Assembly (NCBI GenBank): GCA_001443025.1
Contig: LEKP01000002.1
Coordinates: 28,429-92,428 of the forward strand
Direction: 5' to 3'
Length of the DNA stretch: 64,000 bases
Origin: Parcubacteria bacterium GBS-2
GTDB taxonomy: Bacteria > Patescibacteriota > Minisyncoccia > Minisyncoccales > GBS-2
Part shown: one piece after another, positions 55,240-64,000 of the stretch
Layout of the letters: each line of letters opens with the position of its first letter
Numbering within the stretch: position 1 is the stretch's first letter
Translations under genes and position numbers: made by a program
Notes under the pieces: model-generated
Databases searched by the model: none
Seen by the model: only the letters and a program-made list of their open reading frames with translations
What the model was told of the DNA's origin: nothing

Positions 55240-56537
55240 ACTCCTTGAGCAATTAATTTTTCCAAGTAAACTGTAAATTTTTTAGCAGTATTTCTTTTAA
55301 ATCCTGCGCCCCCTTTCTCAATTGGCAAATCAAGTTTTCTAAAAAATTCATCTTTTGTGATATAGCCTGCCAACCTATCCTCTATTGCTTCTTCTAATCT
55401 TTTAACCTGAATTGGTTTTACTTCTCCCTCAAATTGATCCAAAAGCGCCATCCTTAATCTTCTCACATGAATTTTTGTTTCATCTAGCTCCTCTTCCTCT
55501 AGCTTTCTTCTAAATCTTTTTACTTCGATTGATCTTTTTAATACATCCTCTAACTTTTGAATCATTTCTTGGGCTCTAGCTTGATTGAGTTCTACTCCTC
55601 CTTTGTCAAACGGGGACACTAAAAAATCATAAAGCATTTGAGTGCTCATTTTTCTTTCAACAACCAATTTCACCAATTTTTCCAATCTGTCTATTTGTTC
55701 AAAAGTGAGATCTTGAGTTAAATAATTAACAATACTTTTGACCTTTAATTCTTCTGGTGAAGCATAAGGATAAATTCTGGCTAATTTTTCAGTTTCTGAA
55801 ACCAAAGATGCCCCTCTTTCGATTGGTTTTATTTGCTTTCTTTCTGGATTAATAAATTCTCTTTCGATTCTCCCGTCTCTCATGAAATAAACCCTATGAG
55901 CGTAAGCTAGATATCTTGGGTCGTGCGACACTAAAATCACTGTCTTTTTTTCTTTTTCGTTAATTTCTAAAAGAGTCTCCATTACTTTTTTTGCTGAAGC
56001 TTCATCTAAGTTTCCAACGGGTTCGTCTGCTAGTAAAATATCTGGATTATTAACCAAAGCTCTACAAATTGCCACTCTTTGCTGTTGACCGCCAGAAAGC
56101 ATTGTAGGAAGTTTTTTTGCTTGTTCTGCAATTCCAAACCTTTCTAAAAGTTCCATCGCTCTTTTTCTTCTTTGGGCTGGAGGTATTCCCATGAAAATTT
56201 GGGGCAAAGCCACATTGTCTAAAACGTTCAGCGAAGGAATGAGGTTGAATTGCTGATAAATAATTCCTACAGTTTTTTGTTGGAATTTAACTAATTCTTT
56301 TGGCGGAAGTTTATAAGGATCTTGACCTCCAATGTAAAATTCTCCAAAAGTGTAAGGCAAAGCTCCCAAGATACAATAGAGCATCGTTGACTTTCCACAA
56401 CCTGAAGGACCAAAGAAAACAATGTATTCTTGAGGGTAAATTTCAATGTTTACTTTTTTTAAGGCGTAATACTCGTTCGATTTCCCGTAGTTGTAATAAA
56501 TTTCTAAATTTCTCGCAACGATTAATGGTTCTGGCAT
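55236..56537 (-). CDS. ABC transporter ATP-binding protein (MacB/LolD-like) with ~200-aa C-terminal extension
   Basis: Walker A GPSGCGKST, signature LSGGQQQRV, Walker B LLADEPVGNLD, H-loop SHD; residues ~235-433 are a charged helical extension of unknown function. Confidence 0.88.
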   Translation of the reverse strand: MPEPLIVARNLEIYYNYGKSNEYYALKKVNIEIYPQEYIVFFGPSGCGKSTMLYCILGALPYTFGEFYIGGQDPYKLPPKELVKFQQKTVGIIYQQFNLIPSLNVLDNVALPQIFMGIPPAQRRKRAMELLERFGIAEQAKKLPTMLSGGQQQRVAICRALVNNPDILLADEPVGNLDEASAKKVMETLLEINEKEKKTVILVSHDPRYLAYAHRVYFMRDGRIEREFINPERKQIKPIERGASLVSETEKLARIYPYASPEELKVKSIVNYLTQDLTFEQIDRLEKLVKLVVERKMSTQMLYDFLVSPFDKGGVELNQARAQEMIQKLEDVLKRSIEVKRFRRKLEEEELDETKIHVRRLRMALLDQFEGEVKPIQVKRLEEAIEDRLAGYITKDEFFRKLDLPIEKGGAGFKRNTAKKFTVYLEKLIAQGV

Positions 56538-56541
56538 ATTT

Positions 56542-58005
56542 TTAGAATCTGATTTTCTTTACCCAACCAAAAGTTGCTTCAAGGTTTTCAATAATGATAT
56601 CTAAAATACTTTTTTCTCTGGTCGGTGTCAAAAGAGTAAAATAATCTGATTTTCCTTCATTTTGGGCTCTATCTTTGCATTTTATCCAAAATTTATAAGT
56701 TGTATTTGGAGCAAATTCGGTGATCACTTGAATGTGTTTTTGAGAATATTCAGTTTCTGGTGGTAAAGCAATCTCTGGAACCCCCTCTGCCAATCCTTCT
56801 TGATAGAAAAACTGACAAATTGCATTTTCATCAGTTTTCCAATTGACTACAACCTGAACCCTTAATTGTTCTTCTCCAGGATAAAGGGTGGAATCAACTG
56901 TTACACTAGAAATTACCGGTGGTTGTTCATCTTTCACAGTGGTAAAAGTGATTGGCTGACTTTGAGCTCTATCTCCATTTTCGCTTTCAGCTTTTACTAT
57001 TACTTGATAAGTAGTATCGAATTCTAAATTGGTAAGCCTGAAACGGTGAACAGTAACGAATGTTGGATCTCCCACTTGTTTTACTTCTCCAGTTTTTAAA
57101 TTTTTGTACTCGATTAAACTTGAACAAGGAATGTTAGTTAGCCAGGTTAAAGTTGCAGCATCTTCTTCCACCTTTACTACTTGAAGGTTAGAAATTACTG
57201 GCAAAACTGAAAGGGTGGTAAAAGTTCTATCTTCGCTTTTTACCATAGAACCAACTCTTGGAGTAGATTGCACTTGAAAATGGTAAGTAGTTGCAGGTTT
57301 TAAGCCAGAAATTTCAACTAAATGATGCAAAACGTATTCGTTTGGTTCTCCTACTTTCATTTTATAAGGATCTGGAGAATGGGGGTCGTATTCGTTTTCT
57401 GGAACTAAAGCCACAATTGAGTTTGCCTCTTTGTTAGTCGCCCAAAAAATTTTTGCCCAATCTTCACCAACTTCAACTCTTGGATCACCAATTATAACTA
57501 ATTCTTCTGCTTTTGCTCCCCCAACTTCTTCAATCTTTTCTTTAGTGAAGGCTATTGCCTCCTCGCTTCTCATTTGATAAACTGCCTCGATTGCTTTCTC
57601 AATCAATTTTGCTTCTTCTCCAAACTTTTCTACTCCTGGTACTTCAATTAATTTTTTAGTAGTGAAAGCAAAACCCTTACTAGCTGCCTGATTTCCCATT
57701 TCGTCAACTGAAACTACTTGAAAATAATAATCGGTATTTGGCAAAAGATTGTCTAAAACTATTTGGTGTTCGGTAGTGAAAGTTGGGTCTCTAACTACTC
57801 CGTAGTTTCTGTCTAATCCGTAATTGACTATTGAGTCTGCTCTTTTATCAGTAGTCCAAGAAATAATTGCAGAAGAAGTAGTAATTTCAAGAATTTTTAT
57901 ATTGGAAATTATTGGAGGCCTCTCTTCTTGTCCTCTAATAAACAGGGCAAAACTGGCAATCAAAAAGAGAAAAGCCAGATAAAAAATGAAGTGTCCAACT
58001 TTCAT
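56542..58005 (-). CDS. membrane-anchored protein with multiple fibronectin type III-like domains
   Basis: N-terminal TM; repeated about 90-aa beta-sandwich units with W....D..A.S.V.YG and TTY.F patterns. Confidence 0.6.
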   Translation of the reverse strand: MKVGHFIFYLAFLFLIASFALFIRGQEERPPIISNIKILEITTSSAIISWTTDKRADSIVNYGLDRNYGVVRDPTFTTEHQIVLDNLLPNTDYYFQVVSVDEMGNQAASKGFAFTTKKLIEVPGVEKFGEEAKLIEKAIEAVYQMRSEEAIAFTKEKIEEVGGAKAEELVIIGDPRVEVGEDWAKIFWATNKEANSIVALVPENEYDPHSPDPYKMKVGEPNEYVLHHLVEISGLKPATTYHFQVQSTPRVGSMVKSEDRTFTTLSVLPVISNLQVVKVEEDAATLTWLTNIPCSSLIEYKNLKTGEVKQVGDPTFVTVHRFRLTNLEFDTTYQVIVKAESENGDRAQSQPITFTTVKDEQPPVISSVTVDSTLYPGEEQLRVQVVVNWKTDENAICQFFYQEGLAEGVPEIALPPETEYSQKHIQVITEFAPNTTYKFWIKCKDRAQNEGKSDYFTLLTPTREKSILDIIIENLEATFGWVKKIRF

Positions 58006-58050
58006 TATTTCTATTTTACCACATTCTAAAAATCTTTTATAATCAATGTA

Positions 58051-58719
58051 GTGGTAAGGGCATTATCTCAGGTCTACCTAATGAGCGTGATTTCAGGAGC
58101 TGAGAAAAGGGGAAGAAGTGCTGATTTTTCAGGAGAAACAATAGAGGGATTTATTATCTCTGATCGTCAAATTAAAGTTCCTCTCATTTTCAAAAACGCC
58201 AAAATTTTAGGCCAAGTTTACTTTAACAACGTTACCTTAGAAAAAGAAGTTAATTTTGAAGGAGCAACCATTAACGGCGCTTTTTCTATTTCTGAATCTC
58301 AAATAAAAGAAAATTTCATTTCAAGAAAAGTTTCAATTAGGGAAAGTTTCAATTTAACCGGAAATATCTTTGAAAAAAACGTCGATTTAGAAGGAGCTCA
58401 AATTAGAGGATTTTTGAGTCTAAATAAATCAAAAATAATGGGAAAGTTAAATTTTAAAAGAGTCAACATTTTGGATTTGGAAGAAAGAATTGGAAAAATT
58501 ATCGGAAATTTCTATTTTGAAAATGCCACAGTAAAAGAAGTGGTAATTGAAAATTCAACAATAGACGGTGACTTGAATCTTTCCAATACCACAATTTTTG
58601 AATCTTTATCCATCATCAACACAAAAATAAAAGGTGAATTAAAACTTTCACATAAAGAAATCGTGCAGGCAAAAATAAAAGAGAGAAAGAAAGCTGAAAG
58701 GGAATTGGAAAAAGGATAA
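58051..58719 (+). CDS. pentapeptide-repeat-like protein
   Basis: Degenerate tandem 5-residue periodicity (..F.GA.I.G.F..S.S.I) over about 150 aa. Confidence 0.4.
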   Translation: MVRALSQVYLMSVISGAEKRGRSADFSGETIEGFIISDRQIKVPLIFKNAKILGQVYFNNVTLEKEVNFEGATINGAFSISESQIKENFISRKVSIRESFNLTGNIFEKNVDLEGAQIRGFLSLNKSKIMGKLNFKRVNILDLEERIGKIIGNFYFENATVKEVVIENSTIDGDLNLSNTTIFESLSIINTKIKGELKLSHKEIVQAKIKERKKAERELEKG

Positions 58720-60060
58720 CTAAAAAGTAGGAACTATTACATAGGTTAGTTGGGCCTGGTAAGAGCCTGCAGATTGGAGATTGCGAACTTCAATTCGAAA
58801 AACAATATCAAAAACTTCATTAAAAATAGGATAGGGACTAAATCCTACCTCTTTCATTTGAGTTTCAAAACCAGCAAAGGAATCGTTTGGAGCAAATCTG
58901 GCAGGACCAAGACCAATATCAGATAAAGAATCATCACCTGTATGATATCCAAAACAACTATAAAAATCAGAAGGGCAAGCAGAATTCCAAGGAGCAGGAT
59001 ATTCATTAGTGGAACTTGCTGGCATGATCTCAGCTCCACTAGCTGAAATTAAATTTTGATTTTGCCAGACAAAAAGTTGATAACCTCCTTCCCCATTTAC
59101 TGAAATTTCAAACCTTTGAGCTGCATTTCTTGGTTCATTCAAAGGTAAATTCTCAAAATACACTGAGATTGGTGAAGTTTCATAATCTGTAACAACTCCT
59201 TCTGTTGTTGTTCCAGCAGGCAAACCATAAATTGTGAAAGCTAAAAAACTTTCTCCAACAACTAAACTTGGATAAGTAAAAGTTCCATTGTTTGTTAAAA
59301 CTGGCTCTTGGTTTGTTGTATCGTAAACCCTAAAGTAAAAAGTGGTTCCAGTTGGAGCGCCATTGTTGAAAATTGTGAATTCAAATTCAGCGGAGGAACT
59401 TGCCAAAAATGTATAACTTGAAGTTGAAATTCCAGATTCATTGTGGGTTCCGTTTGAATCAGAATCAGAAAGCAATTTTTGAGTTATGGTTGCGTTATCT
59501 TCGCCTCCACCATCAAAATAGCACCAAAGTTTTTGATTGGGACAAGAAATTTCATCGACAAACTCTGCCCAAGAAAATTCAGAAGAAGTTGAGTATTGTA
59601 ATCTTAATTTTAAATTTGAAATATCAACTCCCCCTGTTTCTTTTATTGTGATTCTAAGTTTTAGCGCATTTCCCTTGGCAATGTTGTTTGGAGCGAAATT
59701 TTCTTGAGCTGCTGGAACTTCTGGAGTTTCTTTTTCTTCATCATGGAAAAACTGCCAATTTTGAGACCTCAAAGTAGTCCCTACAATTTGTTGATAACCT
59801 CCCCACTCTTTAAAATTCTCACTCTCTGAAATTCCGCTCGCAGATTGACCAACTGTCTCTTCCAATTTGTAATTTTGGGAACTCAAATCCTCTTCCCTAC
59901 CAACATTCAAAGAATCCCAAGGAATTTGATAATTCTGGCTTGACATTCCAATGGCAAAGCTTTCGCAAAACAAAGAAAAGACCAAAATTAATGCAAAAAT
60001 TTTTTTATTCATTTTCTTGACTATTTTCATTATTTGATTGCTCAATAGCTGGCTCACCAT
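58720..60060 (-). CDS. secreted hypothetical protein
   Basis: Signal peptide; Ser/Thr/Asn/Gly-rich; 446 aa; stop abuts the giant-protein gene. Confidence 0.45.
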   Translation of the reverse strand: MVSQLLSNQIMKIVKKMNKKIFALILVFSLFCESFAIGMSSQNYQIPWDSLNVGREEDLSSQNYKLEETVGQSASGISESENFKEWGGYQQIVGTTLRSQNWQFFHDEEKETPEVPAAQENFAPNNIAKGNALKLRITIKETGGVDISNLKLRLQYSTSSEFSWAEFVDEISCPNQKLWCYFDGGGEDNATITQKLLSDSDSNGTHNESGISTSSYTFLASSSAEFEFTIFNNGAPTGTTFYFRVYDTTNQEPVLTNNGTFTYPSLVVGESFLAFTIYGLPAGTTTEGVVTDYETSPISVYFENLPLNEPRNAAQRFEISVNGEGGYQLFVWQNQNLISASGAEIMPASSTNEYPAPWNSACPSDFYSCFGYHTGDDSLSDIGLGPARFAPNDSFAGFETQMKEVGFSPYPIFNEVFDIVFRIEVRNLQSAGSYQAQLTYVIVPTF

Positions 60061-63000
60061 TTTGAATTTCGTTAGTTAATTCTTCTTCAGTTTTGCCATT
60101 TGAGATTTGAGTTTTGAGTTCTTCTTCCTTTTCTTCAGTTTTGACATCGAAGCTTTGAGTTTTGAGTTCTTCTTCAGTTTTGAGTTTTGAGATTTGAGTT
60201 TTGAGTTCTTCATCGCATTCCCCTTTTTCTTTTTTCAACTCTCCATTTTCAATCCACAAACAATAAATTTCTCCTGTCGCCTTATCTTTGATTTTTATTC
60301 TTGTTGTTTCTATTTCCTCTGACTTTATCCCTTCAACCACAATTTCCTTGGCAAAAATTTTCTCGACTTTAGCTATACCATTTTCAATTAACAAACCTAA
60401 TTTTTCTAAAGCTTTTTTTATTGCCAAAGTAAACTGATCTAAAATTCCTATTTCTAGCGAATTTTCACCAATTTGATCACTAATTTCATTAATACCACTG
60501 CTGGCAAGAGAACCATTTTCGGTCAAAGATCCCAGCGACCAATGAGGATTTATAAACATTAAAATTTTACAATTTCCTGTTTCTAATTCTTCTTGAGTGC
60601 ATTTTTCAGAAGATTCCAAAGCAACACCGATTACTCTTCCAGGTTCGGTTGCTTTCATTGCCACCCCCGGAGTGCTTGAAAGAGTAAGCAAATCACCTGG
60701 TTGAATTTTTCCATTTTCTGTTGAAACCTTAACCGGCACTCTTCCCATAAGAGTAATTGGCCTTGGTCGCTTAGCCTTGGTGAAGATATCCTCACCGATA
60801 GTTCCAGAAGGTGCAGACGATACTACTCCGATAAAATTTGAACCTCTCTTTGCTTTTTCTAAAACTGGAATTTTTGCAGGTCCTAATTGAGAATCGTATT
60901 CCAAAAGTTCGTCACTCAAAGTAACTACATCTCCTGCTTCAACATCTTCTTTTGTTTCGTACCATTCAGCAAAGTCTGCCCCGCCACTGTAAACATAAGA
61001 ATAAACAACAACCACACCTCCAGCCCCATTCCCTCCGTTGGCAGTATCGGCAACGTCTACTATTGCTCCTCCACCTCCACCAGACCCCCAGGCAATTCCA
61101 TTTTTGCCATCGCTTATTTCAGCAAGATTAGCATTACCTCCTTGACCTCCTTCTCCCCAATAGCTTGCTCCACCTTCGCCTCCGACTGCGTTTTCAGCCA
61201 CGCAAGATTTTGGAGCTGAACCATCGCCACCTGCCAAATTAATGTCTCCATTAGTTGACGCTGCCCCTCCTTCTCCTGGTTCGCCAAAACCAGCAGCACA
61301 AGTACCACCAGTTGATGGGGTTCCAATCGCCCCTCTTCCACCATTAGCAGTAACAAAATCCCCAAATGAAGAATTGCCACCATCAGAACCGCTTCCTCCA
61401 GAACCAGTTCCACCAGCTCCACCAGCACCAACAGTAACATTTACACTATCTGGTAAATCTTCTGCTGAAAATATCTTAATAGTTGTCGCACCCGCACCAC
61501 CCCCAGAACCAGCGCTTTCGCATGTATTATCGCTACAGGTTGCAGTGCCACCTCCACCCCCTCCTCCTGTCACAATCACTTTTACGAATTTAGCGCCAGC
61601 AGGTTTAAACCAGGTACCGTTTGATGTGAAAACATCAACTCTCACGTTATTTACCGCAGTAGTAATACAATCTTTCCAAGCACCATTCTCATAGCATCTA
61701 AATTTATTTAAGGTAGAGTCGTAATAAATCACTCCGTTTGCTCCGGTAGGTTCCGAACTAGGAATTAATCTCATTGGTCCTGCAACATCCAATTTATAAT
61801 CAGGTGCCGTCGTCCCGATGCCGATGTTGCCATTTGCTCCCAAAACAAGTTGGTTGAGATTGTTGGCAGTGAACAAAGTGGTAGTGGCAGTTCCTTGAAT
61901 AGTGTTTGAGCCAATGATAATTGTTCCACCAATTGTCGTTGTTACTGCATAAATGTTCGCCCATCTTAAATTAATGTCTCCTAAATTGTAGAGATTATCA
62001 ACTTCAGGCAAAATAGTTCTGGCAGTAGTTGTCCCCACAATTTGTAAAGTGGTAGCAGGTGTTGCTGTTCCAATTCCTACATTGCCTCCTTGGGAAGCCA
62101 AAATAACAGATCCTGTAATGGTAGTGGTGGCATTTTGATAAGGAGAAATTAAAAGTTGGCCAGATTGAGTAGTAATTAAAGGAACTGACAATTGAGTGGA
62201 AATGGTAGTTGTTGCCAAAGAAGTTAATCCTTGAATGGTTAAATTTCCACTAGCTAAAATGTTTCCGTCCACTGTTAATTTTTCAGGAGGAGTGGAAGTA
62301 CCAATCCCTACGTTCCAGGTAAGATTGTTAGGATAAAGATAAGAGCCATCTAAAGTCCAATAATTTACAGCCGAACCCCAAGAACTAATACAATTTTCTC
62401 CAATGCAAAATCCAGTCTCTGACCTCACATAATTCGTTGCCCTCATGTTTCCTACAATATCTAATTGATAAGCAGGCGTTGTCGTCCCGATGCCCACATT
62501 GCCAGAAGAATCGATTGTGATTCCAGTTGAAGTTGAAATGTCAGAACTAGGGATGATTTTGAGTTTCCCAGTTGAAATGTCGACTCCTAAAGTAAAGTTT
62601 GTTGTGGGAGTGGTTCCAGTTCTAAATTGAATTTGAGGAGAATAAGTTGTTGAAGTAGCAGAAGTTATTGTCAAAATTGGTGAACTATCTGTTTTGTAAA
62701 GTTCCAAAAGAGAAACTGGTGCTATCGTTCCAATGCCAACTTTGCCCATAAAAGACGAAGTGGCAGAAACGTAAAAGTCGCCATCGACAGTAAGTTTGAA
62801 ATTAAGAGTGCTAGTACCAATTCCTACTCTGTTGATTGTGGGATCAATATAAAGTAAATTATCGTTAACCACAAGAGAACCAAAAATCGTGGTAGTTGAA
62901 AGGGTGGATGTGGCAGAAACTGTCAATTTTGTAAAATAAGCCTCATTAGGAGTGGTAGCACCAATTATTCCCGGGGATGCCCAATCGTAACCTAATAATT

Positions 63001-63463
63001 TTTTTGCCTCAAAGGATGCGGTTACTGCTCCCAAAATTTTTCTTGGTGAAAACACTTCTTCAAAAGTGCCGTCGCAATCTGGATCAAATTGAACTTCCAA
63101 ATAAAGAGGTTGATTGAAATTTACATTAGAGAGGGAATTGTGCTTTCCAAGCATTACAGAAAAAAGCCCTCTTGTCGTTGTGACCATTTCTGTCGAAGTT
63201 GTCCAAACCTCAGACCAAACTTCATTTCCACCCACTAAATCATCCATTAACCTGAATTTCATGCATTTTCCCCCATCTTCAACCGGAACTCCTTGATTGT
63301 TGGTCAATTTTCCCTGGTAGTTAATCTGCTCTAAAAAAGCACCAAAAACTTGAGAACTCAAAAAGAGAGAGCAAAAAATTATCAAGATTTTAAAAATGAT
63401 TTTATTTGTCTTTTCCATATTAGAAAGTAATCCTTTCTCTTTTCTCAATTTCTTTAACTTCAA
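60005..63463 (-). CDS. giant secreted tail-fibre/adhesin-like protein (VGIGT repeats, poly-Gly domain, C-terminal EELKTQ coiled coil)
   Basis: Signal peptide (probable start at MEKTNK, about 63418); six or more repeats of x[VI]GIGT..P...L.V.G; 200-aa Gly-rich domain (VTGGGGGGGTATC...); DFAEWYETKEDVEAGDVV module; 3x EELKTQ heptad tail. Confidence 0.7.
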   Translation of the reverse strand: MKLKKLRKEKGLLSNMEKTNKIIFKILIIFCSLFLSSQVFGAFLEQINYQGKLTNNQGVPVEDGGKCMKFRLMDDLVGGNEVWSEVWTTSTEMVTTTRGLFSVMLGKHNSLSNVNFNQPLYLEVQFDPDCDGTFEEVFSPRKILGAVTASFEAKKLLGYDWASPGIIGATTPNEAYFTKLTVSATSTLSTTTIFGSLVVNDNLLYIDPTINRVGIGTSTLNFKLTVDGDFYVSATSSFMGKVGIGTIAPVSLLELYKTDSSPILTITSATSTTYSPQIQFRTGTTPTTNFTLGVDISTGKLKIIPSSDISTSTGITIDSSGNVGIGTTTPAYQLDIVGNMRATNYVRSETGFCIGENCISSWGSAVNYWTLDGSYLYPNNLTWNVGIGTSTPPEKLTVDGNILASGNLTIQGLTSLATTTISTQLSVPLITTQSGQLLISPYQNATTTITGSVILASQGGNVGIGTATPATTLQIVGTTTARTILPEVDNLYNLGDINLRWANIYAVTTTIGGTIIIGSNTIQGTATTTLFTANNLNQLVLGANGNIGIGTTAPDYKLDVAGPMRLIPSSEPTGANGVIYYDSTLNKFRCYENGAWKDCITTAVNNVRVDVFTSNGTWFKPAGAKFVKVIVTGGGGGGGTATCSDNTCESAGSGGGAGATTIKIFSAEDLPDSVNVTVGAGGAGGTGSGGSGSDGGNSSFGDFVTANGGRGAIGTPSTGGTCAAGFGEPGEGGAASTNGDINLAGGDGSAPKSCVAENAVGGEGGASYWGEGGQGGNANLAEISDGKNGIAWGSGGGGGAIVDVADTANGGNGAGGVVVVYSYVYSGGADFAEWYETKEDVEAGDVVTLSDELLEYDSQLGPAKIPVLEKAKRGSNFIGVVSSAPSGTIGEDIFTKAKRPRPITLMGRVPVKVSTENGKIQPGDLLTLSSTPGVAMKATEPGRVIGVALESSEKCTQEELETGNCKILMFINPHWSLGSLTENGSLASSGINEISDQIGENSLEIGILDQFTLAIKKALEKLGLLIENGIAKVEKIFAKEIVVEGIKSEEIETTRIKIKDKATGEIYCLWIENGELKKEKGECDEELKTQISKLKTEEELKTQSFDVKTEEKEEELKTQISNGKTEEELTNEIQNGEPAIEQSNNENSQENE

Positions 63464-63899
63464 TTTTCTTTTCCAATTTTGAAGATAAAAACCAGGTGGA
63501 AATCGAAGTAATCAAAAAAATCAAAAGAAAGAAGATAATCAAAAAAGTTTTGAATTCCTTAAAAAACATTTTTAAAAGATTCAACTCAAAGCCCATCCTT
63601 GTCTTAAAAGAATTCAAACTCTCGCTTATTTTCTCTTTAAGGTTTCCTTTCCCCTTTTTCTTTTGCTGTCTATTTTTATAAGCTAAAATCGCCTCTCTTG
63701 TTGTCTGCCAAGAAACTCCAGTATAAACCATTCTCCCTGTAATTTTCCCAGTTCTGATTAAATAGCCAATATAATCTGGGGAATAACCAGAAAGTTTTGA
63801 GGCCTCCTTTAGAGAAATATATTCCTCCTTCCCTTTTTTCTGTTCTTTTTCTTCCTCTTTCATATCTCGACCATCGTGATTTTTTAAAATCTCGACCAT
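63420..63899 (-). CDS. small HTH-like protein with C-terminal TM helix
   Basis: ISLKEASKLSGYSPDYIGYLIRTGKI (helix-turn-helix-like) then a hydrophobic helix FLIIFFLLIFLITSISTWFL. Confidence 0.4.
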   Translation of the reverse strand: MVEILKNHDGRDMKEEEKEQKKGKEEYISLKEASKLSGYSPDYIGYLIRTGKITGRMVYTGVSWQTTREAILAYKNRQQKKKGKGNLKEKISESLNSFKTRMGFELNLLKMFFKEFKTFLIIFFLLIFLITSISTWFLSSKLEKKIEVKEIEKRERITF

Positions 63900-64000
63900 C
63901 GCGATATTATTTCATTTTCTAATACCCAAAACTCCTTGTCAAGAGCAAAAGATAAAAAGCGAAGGTCTACCCTTTGTCAACTCTCTATTGAAAGAGGAAT

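Noticed and set aside
61242-61694. 150-aa Pro-rich ORF on the plus strand
   Set aside because: Antisense shadow of the poly-Gly (GGN codon) domain of the giant minus-strand protein; NCC complement gives Pro runs
1-64000. CRISPR arrays, rRNA genes, prophage integrase-att pairs
   Set aside because: No regularly spaced direct repeats with unique spacers, no rRNA-like conserved segments, and only one recombinase (Xer-like) without flanking phage genes were seen

Overview
The window is AT-rich (about 30-35% GC) with high coding density and Lys/Glu/Ile-rich proteins. The organism is clearly bacterial. Bacterial markers are DnaX, ribosomal protein L9, CtpA, EF-P, bacterial-type CysRS/GluRS, a MurC/MurD/MurG/MraY/FtsW cell-wall cluster and FtsX/MacB-type ABC genes. 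It also carries many archaeal/eukaryote-flavoured genes: a TFIIB-type cyclin-core protein, a family B DNA polymerase, an Hjc-like resolvase, a short archaeal-type AspRS, a TrmB regulator, myo-inositol-1-phosphate synthase, and a stand-alone LigD phosphoesterase domain. This pattern fits a reduced-genome (CPR/Patescibacteria-like) bacterium. Housekeeping content: cysS-cysK, dnaX, tRNA-Gln(UUG), rsmE-nagZ-radical SAM operon, HDAC-family deacetylase, efp, tatD, glnA, thpR, murC, a long aspS-dacA-mraY-(PP-loop gene)-murD-ftsW-murG-gltX operon, xerC/D-like recombinase, pyrG, rplI, ctpA. Notable items: (1) a TFIIB-core protein with a duplicated N-terminal module (614-1612); (2) a purD gene carrying a frameshift plus an in-frame TAG, a probable decaying purine gene; (3) a PPP-phosphoesterase/PolB/small-protein operon; (4) three paralogous receiver-only response regulators with a 7TM histidine kinase and duplicated promoter cassettes; (5) a PP-loop (SGGKDS) gene of unknown function inside the cell-wall operon; (6) a 3-copy intergenic hairpin repeat family and TTCACA-N2-TGTGAA palindromes; (7) about 15 kb at the 3' end (49.1-63.9 kb) forming a surface/secretion locus. 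That locus holds a MacB-type ABC exporter whose ATPase has a 200-aa C-terminal extension, an FN3 protein, a dockerin/Cys-rich-repeat protein, compositionally atypical Thr/Ser/Gly-rich secreted proteins, and a giant 1152-aa tail-fibre-like protein (VGIGT repeats, poly-Gly domain, EELKTQ coiled-coil tail). It also has a heptanucleotide SSR at the start of one surface gene. No CRISPR array or rRNA was seen.
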